The position numbers and the translations under genes were made by a program. 64,000 nucleotides of DNA from Takakia lepidozioides (lineage: Eukaryota > Plantae > Bryophyta), in contig CM060734.1 of assembly GCA_030704615.1 (NCBI GenBank), positions 18,786,001 to 18,850,000 on the forward strand, given 5' to 3'. The notes under the pieces are model-generated. The model was not told the DNA's origin, did no database searches, and saw only the letters and a program-made list of their open reading frames with translations. Shown here piece after piece: positions 11,659 through 23,744 of this stretch (positions within the stretch are counted from its first letter, which is position 1; the number at the start of each line of letters is the position of its first letter).

Positions 11659-14600
11659 CTAAATACTCAGTACTGACATAGCATGTCTACACCAGATGTG
11701 TTTATCTCTTGGCACAGCCTTAGTGAATACATCTGCAACCATCTCTTCAGTGCTACAAAACTCTAGTAGTATCTCTTTACTCTCCACTTTCTCTTGAATA
11801 AAATGGTGTTGGATTTCTATATGCTTAGTTCTAGCATGAAACTTAGGGTTCTTAGTTAACGCTATACAACTCTGGTTGTCACAAGAGAGGCTAGTAGGAT
11901 GAGGTTGCTCATGACCAATACGCTTGAGTAAACTCCTCAACCATACAATCTCCTTGGCTGTTTGTGTAGCAGCAATGTATTCTGCTTCAGTAGATGACAA
12001 TGCAACTGTTGCTTGCCTCTTACTACTCTAGCTAATAGTGGCAGAACTACCAAGCAGAAAAACATAGCCTGTGGTTGACTTCCGGTTATTAGGATGACTT
12101 GCCCAATCAGCATCACAGTATCCATGTATTTCAATATGACCAGCAGCCTTCTCTCTACTCCCACTGAAACATAAGCCATGATCTTCAGTTCCTTTAATAT
12201 ACCGGAAGATTCGCTTTACAGCACTCTAATGTCGTATGCCAGATTTTACCAGAAACTGGCTCACTACTCCCACAGCAAAAGCCAAGTCTGGTCTAGAACA
12301 TACCATTAAGTACATCAAACTTCCCACAACACTTTGATATGGAACATTGCTCATAGCTTACTTCTCTTCATCGCTTTGAGGACACATATCTGTACTCAAC
12401 TTAACACCCGTTTCGAGTGGAGTACTCACTGGTTTACAAAAGCTTATTCCAAACTTATTCAAAATAGTTTGAATATACTTCTTCTGACTTAAGTGTGAAG
12501 TACCCTTGTCCCTGTCTCATTCAACTTGAATGCCCAGAAAATAATGGATGTCTCTAAGATCCGTCATATCAAATGTAGCATGTAAACGTTGTTTTGCATG
12601 TTTCAATGCTTTCACATCATTGCTGACTAAAATTGAGTCATCTACATACAGTGCAATGAGTACAAACTTGTCCTCTTTGAATTTAATGTACACATTACCA
12701 TCTGCTGGAGATGCCACAAAACCTTCAGAAATTAAATAACCATTAAACTTCTGGAACAAGGCTCGAGGTGACTGTTTCAAGCCATATAGGGTTTTTATCA
12801 ACTTACAGACCAAGTCTTCTTCTCCTGTAGCAATGAACCCTTGAGGCTGCTCCATATAAACCTCCTCCTCCAAATCTCCATTTAAGAAGGCGGTTTTCAC
12901 GTCCATTTGATGGACCTCTAGATTTGATAGTGCGGCAATAGCCAAAATAGTCCTGATGGAAGATATCTTTGCAACAGGTGAAAATGTCTCATTATAATTC
13001 ACTCCTTCTCTCTAAGAAAAACCTCTTGCAACTAGTCTGGCTTTATACATTTCCACTGATCCATCTGCTTTAAGTTTGAGTTTATAGATCCACTTACATC
13101 CAACAGTCTTTCTCCCTTATGGAAGTTTAGTTAGCTTCCAAGTACCATTCTTTAATAAGGATGCAAACTCTTCATTCATAGCCTCTTGCCATCTTGACGA
13201 CTCTCTACAACTGAGAGCTTCTTTAAATGACACTGGCTCTTCATTTTCAACAAGCATTGTTTGTGACAAATCGAGAGATTCTATGAGTCTTTGACTGGGT
13301 CTTCTCTCTCTCATGGACCTACGAACTTAGATATCAAGTTGAACCCTAGGTGCTCGTAGTTGAGGTTGAGCCATTTTGTTGGAATATTACTTGGTTGTGA
13401 TGTCTCTATTTCCTCATCAGAGTCAGAGTCACAATCTTCGTCCATGTCCAAACCTAGATCCACATCTGATCTCTTCTCAGGCTCACCACCTTGAAGTGTC
13501 TTTGGTTTCCATGCTTCATTGAAAACCACATCACGACTAACTAACAAGATTTTGTTAGCTAGACCAAACAACTGATATAGGATTTACTGGCTTCCGAATA
13601 ACCCACAAAAATACACTTTGTGCTTTTATCATCAAGCTTCTTCATTTTCTCCTTAGGGATATGAACAAAAGCTTCACAACCAAAAACACGTAAATGCTTC
13701 ACTGAGAGCTTCTGACCAGTCCAAACTTCCTCCGGTGTCCATCCTGGCACAGCACTTGTAGGTACCCTGTTTAATACATAGTTGGCCGTTTGCACAGCAT
13801 CTGCCCACCATTTGTTGTCTAACCCACTATGCTTCAACATTGTCCTTGCTGCTTCTATCAATGACCGGTTCTTACGTTCAGCCACCCCGTTCTACTTTGG
13901 GGTGTAAGGAATAGTCAATTGACGCTCAATTCCTTCTCTCATGCAAAATTGAGCAAAAGCATTTGACTTGTACTCCCCTCCATTGTCAGAGCGCAATTTC
14001 TTGACTCGCTTCCCTGTCTGTGTTTCCACCAGAGACTTATAGATCTTGAACTTGTCTAAAGCTTCACTTTTATTCTTCAGAAAATAAACTAGTGTTCTTC
14101 TAGACAAATCATCTATGAACGTCATAAAGTATTTTGCTCCTCCAATTGATATTGTTTGCATGGGGCCGCAAACGTCTGAATGTACCAACTCCAACAGCTC
14201 CACGGCACGACTGCCTTCTCCTTTAGGAAATAAATGCCTATGTTGTTTGCCAAATATGCACTCTTCGCAAAAAGAGGTTCCAACTGAGCAATCAATATTG
14301 AAATCTTGAACCATGTTTTGAGAATGCATTAGACGTAGAGTTTTAATACTGAGATGAGCCAGCCTACGATGTCAAAGATCAACTCTTCTGTCTTTGACGA
14401 TTAAGGCACTTTCAGACGCTTTATCTTGAGGTAAGACTAAAGAAGCACACAACTTATACAAGCTACCTTCTCTCACCCCCTTCGCCACCACATCTCCATC
14501 TGTTGTCTTCAAAAGACAATAATTAGCATGAAACTCAAGTTGTAATCCAGAGTCAGTAACTTTACTCACTGACAATAAATTCTTGGTCAACCGTGGAACA

Positions 14601-15741
14601 AATAACACATCATCTATATACTTCTTTCTTCCTTCTTGCATAAAGCAAATCCGACCTTGACCCTGAATTATGTGACTACTGTCGTCTCCCAAGTAAACCT
14701 TCCGAACAAGATCCCATTGTTTGTACTTTACAAACAGATCTTTGTTAGAGGTCATATGTTGAGAAGCCCTCAAGTCAATGTACCAGTCATCAAGATCCTT
14801 TGAGAAAGAAGTAGAGAGAACTGTAACAAATAGTTTCTCACAATCAGTACTATCAGCATCCTCCACTGAGTGAGCTTGGGTCTTTCCATCTCCCTTCTTC
14901 ATCTACCTGTCTGCCATTCTCTTCCTACATTGTTTCGTCATGTGACCGGTTTCTTGCAATAAAAGCATTTACCCTTAAATTCTTTTTTTGTAGGTGTAAG
15001 AGAACTACTTGACAAACTATTTGACGACCCTTTTGTTGGTGTACTACTGAGACTTATATTGTTATTTCTATTTGCTTCTGAGGCTCATTTTTTTTTATTA
15101 AGACCTAATTTCCTTCCAGCAAATAAAGCAACACTTTCAGTTGTCCCAACCCCGAAATCTCTCCGCCTCATCTCTTCTTATAGTAGCATTCCAGTTACCA
15201 TTTCTATAGTTAACGCTTGCTGACTACTAAGAGAAATGACTAGGCTATCAAAATATTCTGGTAGACTACCTAATAAGGTGACTACCTGATCGTCTGCAGA
15301 CACAGGAGACCCTACCCCTGCCAATTGATCGATTAATGATCTAAAGTTAGTAACATGCTCTGCTACAGATTCTGATTCAGACATTTTTAAACGGAGCAGT
15401 CGTTTTCTTAAATAAAGCTTAGAAGTGACATCTTTCGTTTCAAATACTGTCACTAAATGATCCCACGCTACCTTAGATGTTGTAGCCTGACTGACATGCA
15501 AAAGCTGAGAGTCTTTTAAGTTTAATAGGATTGATGCAAGTGCTTTTCCATCTCTCTTCTCCCACTCTTTCACAACATTTTGATCTGTAGCAGCAGGCTT
15601 CGCTTCAGTCCCGTCTACTATGGACCAAAGATCTCTATCTAATAATAGCATTCGGATCTTCAGCTTCCAAATATGGAAATTTTCTCCATCAAACATATCT
15701 ACTAAACGGAGTTTTCCCGAGTTCCTGACTACTCCAGCCAT
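11659..15741 (-). pseudogene. Copia gag-pol polyprotein broken by premature stops and frameshifts
   Basis: ORF fragments 15178-15741, 14372-14902, 13892-14329, 13559-13885, 13117-13314, 12517-13002 and 11659-12000 are collinear pieces of one polyprotein. In-frame stops fall inside conserved motifs. Confidence 0.95.
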
Positions 15742-15803
15742 GCTTGCGAATTGATCTAGTTCTCTCTTAGAAACGACACTGTCTTTCCACCTTGCTCTCT
15801 AAG

Positions 15804-15817
15804 TGGCTCTGATACCA
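15804..15817 (-). promoter_or_regulatory. Primer binding site, tRNA-iMet type
   Basis: Minus strand reads TGGTATCAGAGCCA immediately after the 5' LTR, the standard plant tRNA-iMet PBS. Confidence 0.95.
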
Positions 15818-16064
15818 TGTCACAGTTCCTAAAATCCCATAGACTTGTCAAGACAAGACAGTGACAACATGAGAGAGATAGAACTCTTTCACGGAGCATA
15901 ACATTAAGATATGATCACAATACAAGCAGGAATATCTGCCTTGATGCCAACTGACATCTGAAACCCGTGTACCAACCAACGTAACAGATAACTACTTTAA
16001 ACTGACTAGTAACTGTTACTCGACGTTCAGGTACCATAGGGTATGACGCTTCATATCATTAACA
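15818..16064 (-). repeat. 5' LTR of the copia element
   Basis: 247 bp, directly next to the PBS. 9 substitutions versus the 3' LTR by manual comparison (~96% identity). Confidence 0.97.
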
Positions 16065-17716
16065 AGGAGCCCACGTTTCGCAAGATTTGCGTGAGCCCAC
16101 ACTTCGCTCACCAGAACTGCGACCTCGGACTTTCATCCAGAAGCCAAACCATTTGGGTGAGCAACCACGTTTGGGTTGGTCACCTGCCAGAGTTCAAGCT
16201 ATTCCTGGTGTGTAGATCTTGCAAATGCGCCTGGGTTTAGTGAGGAAGAGGCATAGTACTCAAACAGACCACGGAAAGATGTCACATAGATTTAGGTTAC
16301 GCGTGGAGCCCACCTGCAAAGAAGAGGGAAAAGAAATCTGGAACTCATGAGCATGGAGGTTGCTCTTTGATGGCAGCTTGTTGACTATGAAGATGTGAGT
16401 ATTAAATGAGGAGGGCACCTGTCACTTTCTGTGGTGCTCACTGCTAGCAAGGAACGGCGTCTCGTATTAATCTGCTATGAGATCTAGAAGGAAATTTCTT
16501 ACGTCCTTCCGTCCTTGCCAGTATTGTGCTAGCAATTCGGCCCCCCCTCTCAGCTCTCTGTTTGCACCGAGCGTTATCCGGGGGGGGGGGTGTGGTTGGG
16601 GGCGAATATACGATCGTGCCAATTGCCTGGAACCCTAAGACTTTCCTCTCATACAGGCTTTCCCTCCAATTTCATGGACTGTGCATCCTTGTTGCTCAAT
16701 GTTTTATAACAGGTTTTACTTCGATCCACCTCTCGACGCCTGTCTCGTTTGAGTTGAGATTGATGTGCGCAAATGAACAGGTCACGTCTGTCTCCTGTGA
16801 GATATTTGATGATTTTGTGGTGTGTTTCGAGTGGTGTCCTGGTTGCTGGAATGTTTTGTCAATTGGTGAAAGTTTTGTAGGGCCGAAGGTGCAGGTTTGT
16901 TTGTTTTACTTCTCTTTTACACTTGGAGGAGAGAAGAGCAACAATGCATTTATGGTTGTAAGCATGTGCTATGCCCAGCAACTAGAACCAAGCCTGGCTA
17001 GCAATGTTTGCATTAGCCAGAGGTAGCAGAAGTGAGCGCATGAATGATGTAGGCTGTATTGGATCCAACCAGGACGCAATTAATTGCTTAATTCCCCTGC
17101 TGTGCTAAAGGCTGCAGCAAGCACTAGTGAGGTTTGCAATCCCCTTGTGGTTCTTCTGCTAGCCCACATCCACAGTAAGCTTCTCCCCGTAGGGTTAGGT
17201 GTCATCGACAACTGGTTTAGGATGTGCACAAGCATGGAAACTGAGTGACAAGAATAAACTCTCTTTCTTAAGTTTTGGTGGGGCAAATCAATGTCTTTCG
17301 TTTATTTGTCCAGGGGTTCTTTTATTCCCTCTTCCCTCTCAAGTGTGTCAAGGATGTGTAGGTCTCTGCATCTGACCTTTTTGTTCAAGGATTGACTTCA
17401 AAGATTGACGACATTATTGGGAACCATTGGCTCTGAGAGTGTGACCTATTTCCTGTTACTTGTTCCAATTGTTGCTTGCGACAAACCTCTTGAAACAGAT
17501 CCAAGCATGTGGGTGCCCTTGATGTTACAATGGTTTTCCAGCCATTGAGTTGCTGGCAGCTGTAAGAGTTATCTTCTGTAACTGTATCTGACTGAATCAA
17601 AAGGTTATGCAGGCAAAGCAATCAGGCATCTACACTGGTGAAGTTTCAAGTGCTGTATCAATTAGGGCATAGTGAGTACACTGGAAGAGAAAGTCAATCG
17701 ACCAGCGCCTAACAAC

Positions 17717-20700
17717 ATGGCCACGGCAGCAATGGCTGGGGCAGCAGGAGCTGCCGTAGTTCTTTATTACACAGGCTGGGGTATACCCTGGGGAGTGTTT
17801 GGGGCCCATTTGGCAGATGATCAATCTGCTGAAGGAAACTGTGAAGACAAAGAAGGGGATGTCCATTTGGGAGGGAACCATGGTGATATAGCGAGGAGAC
17901 GAATACTGATGCCGTTGATGGCACGAGCTCCCTCAACTTGGTTGGAAGCTCTCTCCACACTGTCAGAGACGTTGCGGTTTACATATTCAGAAACTCTAGG
18001 GAAGTGGCCGATTGGCGACTTGGCTTTTGGGATCAATTATCTTTTGAGGCGGCAGGTTTGTCCCTTTCTGAGCCTCCTTCTGTTGCCTTTCTGTTCCATC
18101 ACGAACCCTTTAGCTATCCCTCCTCTTCCACCCCCCCTTTTTTCTTCCTTCTCCTTTCCTTCTCTCTTCTGGGCATGAAATTCTCGGCAGTAGGTGATGA
18201 GAAAGAAGGCTCTAATGAGTTACATCTCTTCCCTGCGTCTTTTGTTACAGGCCAGCCAGGGCATGTAGACCACAACAAAGCCAATGAAATGTCTATTTCC
18301 TTTTCCTTTTTTCTTTTCTGATCTTCTGAAAGGAGTTAAGAGAGATGGAGCAAAAGATTTACGCAGATGTGGAAATGATGGGTTGCTGCAGGGGCATCTG
18401 CATGTGGCAGGGATTTATGCGGGAGGAGAGGATCGGCAGCTCCATGGACCTAGTGTGCTCTTGGAGATGAAAGAGCTGTTGAGGTTGCTAACTTTGTGCA
18501 TGCATTTTTCGAAGAAGACATTCCCCTTGTTCTTAGAGGCTACGGGATACACAAGTGATCAAGTTTTGCTCCAAGAAGGAAGGGCTGGGGTATGTGACAT
18601 ACCCCTAGCCCAAAGCATACCCACCAGCCCTTCCCCCTCTAGTTTCTCTTTCAGGGATTGATTCTGTTTCTTCTGTGCTGATATCAAGGTGGCATCACAG
18701 ATTTTAATCATAGAGGAGTCGCTCATCTGCACATAATGTCAGGGTGTTCTCAATCATTCCAGAGCTTGTCAATGACATTTGCAGTTGCACATCTTTCAGG
18801 CTCAGTGTGTCTTCTGTCGTTTTTATTGTAGTTAAGGCCTTCAACTGTCAAGTTAGATTAAAGTAATGCTTTGGCATGGATGTTTTGGGCAGTTACTCAA
18901 GCCGGCTTTCACACTGGTGGTGGACCATGATTCACACTGCATCCTACTCCACACAGTGTGAAGGACACATTGACAGCTGCTATGGGTGCTGTGGTGCCAT
19001 TCCATCACACAGTCCTTGGTGAGGGGGGTGTCAATAACCTGGTCCTGGGATATGCGCACTGTGGCATGGTGGCAGCTGCACGGTGGATTGCTCAGGTAGC
19101 CAGTCGCCACCTCTGGCAAGCCCTCAAGGATCACCCCGCTTATCGTATCAAGGTTAGTTTTTCCATCATACTCCCTGTGTGTCTTTGGCTCTGTTGCAGA
19201 ATATGTACGCACATGCCTTTTAACTATAACTGATCTTCTTGATATTGGTCATCTTTTGAAGGAAATGGCTATGGTGGTTGGCAGATCGTGGGACACTCTC
19301 TTGGAGGTGGAACAGCTGCTTTGCTGACCTACATTCTTAGGGAGCGTGAGGCCTTCTCTTCAGCACATTGTGTCTGTTTTGGGCCTGGTATGAAATTCTT
19401 TGAGCAATGCTTTATGTAGTTGCAGCACCATCTCTTCTACCTCTCAGCCTTCCCTGTCAAATTACTTTCTGACGTGGATGTTTGGGGATCATGACAGAAG
19501 TCAGAAATTAGTGTGATACAGTATGGTGGTGGAGTTATGTGCACTTCAACTCATAGAATTCAAGGAAATTGGGATGTTTTAGGCCATGGAACTAAATATT
19601 TCTGCGTGGGGGATGGCAGCGGCTTGTATGACATGGGAGTTAGCTGAGTCAGGTGACTCATGTGTCACGACATTTATCAATGGTTCTGATTTGGTGCCCT
19701 GTTTCTCTTCCTCCTCGCTTGATGATCTTCGGGCAGAGGTGTGTAGAAACCCCTAAGGATGAGTTGTTGTTCTGTTTTCTGCCAGTACTACAGATAGATG
19801 ATACCTTTCAATATGTTGGGTGTGACCTTATACTTTTGAGTGTGCTCTGTGCTTATTAGTGTACATCTGGCAGTTAGTTTCATGTGTCTTGCTAGTTGCT
19901 TTTGGGCTGCTTGCCTCTCTCTGTCTTGTTTCTCGATGTCTCTTGTCCTTAAGCCCTTTGAGCTTCCCACGTACGTTATACAGTACCATTTCATTTCTCA
20001 TCCACTTCCCTGCATGTGTATCAGCAAAAGATTCTTGTTTTCCTGGGTGCAGGTGACAGCCTCTGCATGGGTCAGTGACATTCGTGAGCAGATAGAGCGC
20101 ACTCGCATTCTCAGGACCGTGTATCGTTCAGCTACAGCATTAGGAAGCCGGCTGCAGTCGATAGCAAGCCTCTCACGGGCATCACTGCCTTACTCTTCCT
20201 TGATGGTTTCGAGGGCTGCCCAAACTGGAGCGGCTCGTGCTGGTGCTATTTGGCGGCCTGTGTCTAGTGGCACTCAGGTACATCTTTCAGGAAGCAGTCC
20301 AACTATCCTCAGTGTTTCATTGTGATCCCCATACTTCCGCTAGATCCCCATACTTCCGCTAGATTCCCCACAAAGACCCTGTAGGGAGTGGTTAGAAACA
20401 TTGCAAGATTACCAATTTGTGTTTGTGGGCAGGTTTTGTTTGTGTCTTCTCGTGACTCTATAGCTCATAGTTGTCGCCACTTGGAAGCGACTCCTGACAA
20501 ACTTGGATTTTCCTCAGTCTCTTTCTCAGATCATCTTTTGTTGTGTGCAACCCCAGCCTGGCTCTGTGGGGGTTAGTATCAGAAGGGGCTATGCCACCAA
20601 GCTTATGTGACAGGCTTATGTTGGGCAGTTTACTGCAAGCAAGGTGATGAAGTGCTTCTCTCCTCTTCTCTTCAGCTGAAGAGTTGCAGCTCTGTATGGT

Positions 20701-22296
20701 GCAGGTGGTAATGAAGCAGGCACAAACAGTGGTAGGCCGTCACTGATGGGCTGGTCATGTATGGGCCCACGCCGCCGCACCAATGCAATGGTCTCAATGG
20801 AGACCCAGACACCCCTGGATGCAGCAACGACATCTTCTGCAGTCAACAAGGAGAAGGCTGATGAGTGCATGACAGTGCATGAGCCTTGCAGCACCATTGC
20901 GATGGAGTCAGAGAGCTTACCAACGTCTTCACAGCAGAGTTTCAATTTTGAGGGGGAGGAACGCATAAGGGCTGGTGAGTTGTGCTAGTGCTTTATGATA
21001 CTACAAATCATGCACAGGTGCTGTGTTCCTCATTATAGAATATCCTAGCTCTGTGGCCTGGGCTGTCAGCTGAGGAAGGTAGATGTGACAGATACAATTC
21101 ATGTTCTGACAAAATGCTGAGGCATGTTTTCCTTGAAGCCCAAAATGGTGTACTTTCCTTTGGGGTGTGCTCCCCAATTTGTGATCACTGATGCTGCTAG
21201 CACTGGTTGAAGGAAGGGACCACATAGTGTGACTGTCTGGCTGCGATGTCTTATTGTCAGACTTGCTGAGAAATGAATCAGCCTTGGGCTGGACCGCACG
21301 TCTGTGAAGGCACTTAGGTGGGGACAGCAATGTTCACCTTCAATCTTTTATTGCTGATAAGTTATGTGACCATCCACACCTCTGTAGGTGAGTACAGGCA
21401 GAGTTTTCTGGAGAGCAGAGGCCAATTGAAAAGAAATGGTGGTGATTCAGTGAAGAAGAAGCTGCAGTAAGGGAGATTACAGAGGAGGAGGAATATGTTG
21501 CATCCATGGCAGCCTCCGAATTGGGGCAGGTAACACCTCACAAATCCAACAATCATCCGCCTTTTCCTGGGGCAAGTGTATCAACGGGTCACAGCTACTT
21601 GAAACTCCTAAGAGTGTACTCATATGTGAGGAGCTCCTGAGGTTTTTGGATTTCTCAATTAAATGAAAAGCTTGAGGATCACAATGGTTTTTTCCATTTG
21701 CATGCAGCTTGGTCACAGAATTTGCAATGTCTACATTGGAGCCCCTTTCTTACCCCTAGGCAAGTGAAAGCTTTAAAGACGTGAAGATCCATCTCTGCCC
21801 AATGCAAAGGCTCCCACTGCCATGTTCAATGCTGGTAGGAATGTAGGCTTTCTGGGGTACAGCCAATAACCATTCACTTCCGAGGTGACGAGAAATCTCT
21901 CTTGTTTGTGGTTTCCGGATGTATTTGTTCTCAATGTTTGTTATACAAATGTTGCTGCAGGACCACATTGTGTCAGAAGAGGGACCAGAGCATGACTTGC
22001 GACGCTTTTTCCCACCAGGTCGTATCATGCACATCGTCAGCCCGGTCCCTGACACCGTTGACAATCTTGGAACAGAGTCTAAAGGGTCAAAGCAACAAGT
22101 GGGCATCTTTCTGACAGAACGAAGCTTGTATGGAAGGGTCCGTTTGTCGCGCACCATGGTGCACGACCACTATATGCCCACATACAAGCAAATGGTTGAA
22201 ATTCTGATCGAAGAACTAGAGAGGGAAATCTGTGGCAAAAGCCCAGACTCCCCTCTGCATCAGCAACTTCCTGAAGAGTCTCAGCTGCTAGAATAG
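17717..22296 (+). pseudogene. Class-3 lipase gene (mono/diacylglycerol-lipase N-terminal domain plus Lipase_3), about 9 coding exons, apparently disrupted
   Basis: Exons with GT-AG borders: 17717-18055 (MATAAMAG...WPIGDLAFGINYLLRRQ), 18392-18589, 18893-19152 (GYAHCGM), 19285-19387 (catalytic GHSLGG), 19620-19738 (NGSDLVP), 20053-20277, 20705-~20980, ~21390/21451-21529, 21961-22296 (FFPPGRIMHIV...DHYM). Frameshifts near 18950 and 20732. Identity is secure, but pseudogene status depends on the assembly being right. Confidence 0.85.
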
Positions 22297-23744
22297 GTTA
22301 TAAAGTTACGGTTTTTCTTGTTGTCACACATTAAATCTTGAAGGTTCGTTTTTGAGCATGTGCAAGCATGCCACAGCCCTTCATTTGTACAGTTGTGATG
22401 AACATGTTTGTCACTCTATTGGGCCACCCGCACTGTATATATGAGTTAGGTAGCCGGGTCCCGGAGTTCTCTAATATTCCACAATGTTCTTTAGCCATTC
22501 TGGAATTGTGGAATGCTTTCACTGTAGATATTTTCATGCTTATGGGGGGAGGCTCCACAGTTGAGTTTTGGTTTCCATTTGTCATACTGTCAATGCTATC
22601 ACCTTCCTGCATCTTCGGATCACCCTTCGCATAGAGCGATCTTTTTTCTTCACCTTGCTCTCTCTCCTCCAGTTAACAGCCAACAGATACCTTGGGTGAC
22701 TAAGTCGAGGTTGTGTTCAGAGGTCATGATTCTGCAATCTTCATGAAACTATTCACAAAATACCCTGCCGTTTGATTCCTGTGACTCAACTAGAGAAGGG
22801 TCATTACTTCCCTCAGTTACAATCATCTCCAGACACAATGTGGTGCAGGAAGTTATTCTTCCATGAGAAGAATAAACATTCAAAGAGTATCAGTGCATGA
22901 TTTTCCTCCCCAGGAATACATCTTCCCCTCTCCAGCTCATCTGAGTTCCATCTGCAGCAGTTGATGATCAAGAGGTGTGAAAAGGTGTGGGGTGTGGGCT
23001 GACCTCTCTTCCCAGATGTGGCACAGCTTCCGTGTGCTGACTGCCTTTGACCTGCTACGATCATCGCACCACCGAATTGCTATCACTTTCCGGCATCGTT
23101 GTTGCTGTTCGTCTCTTCCAACTGAATTGTGGGGAGAAGCTTGAGAGCGTAGGTAGTACACGCTTGTCGTGGTCTGTCTGCCAGACAGGCCAGCCACCTC
23201 TCGCATTCAAAGTTCATCTCAGGAAATGCATTGCTCTCCTTTACGGGCTGCTCTCGTCAACATCCTTCAGTTCCTGGGAGTGTTTATTGTAAAAAGACCT
23301 GCTTACTTGAGGCAAAATAACTTTGGGACAGCCATGAGGCAGGAACAGAGATGGGGACCCACCGGGCAGCCATGGCTGTAATCTTAGAGCCAGTGCTTTG
23401 GCAATTACCTTGTACACGATGTTGAGGAGGGCGATTGGGCAATACTTAGCAATATCCTCCTTGTCTCTTTTTTAGGGTTATAGTTTATAACCTGGGAGAA
23501 CTGAGATGGCATGATATTCTTCTCTAGAATGTCATCTGCCGTTAGAAGAAAGCGATGATTGTATGTAAGTGCACCACAAGTTTACAATTTAAGGGATCCC
23601 CTCCCCCAGCTTTTCTACAGTAGTGAGTTTTTGGTGAGAGAAGGGTTGGGAGAGAAATTCATTGTCATGAATAGAGAGACCTTTCTAGGATGTATCCTAT
23701 GGAGTACCCGGAAGGAGACGAGCATTTTTTCCTCAGACAGAAGG

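Larger units (their letters stand above)
11393..16064 (-). mobile_element. Full-length Ty1/copia LTR retrotransposon, structurally complete but coding-defective
   Basis: Two 247-bp direct repeats (11393-11639, 15818-16064) with TG...CA ends. 5-bp TSD AGGAG at 11388-11392 and 16065-16069. Minus-strand domain order is gag, protease (WYID..ASQHM), GAG-pre, integrase (HSDVCGP, RSDNGGEY), RT (QMDVKTAFLNG, LYVDD), RNase H (CDNQSCI, KHIEIQHHF), which is the copia order. Confidence 0.98.
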
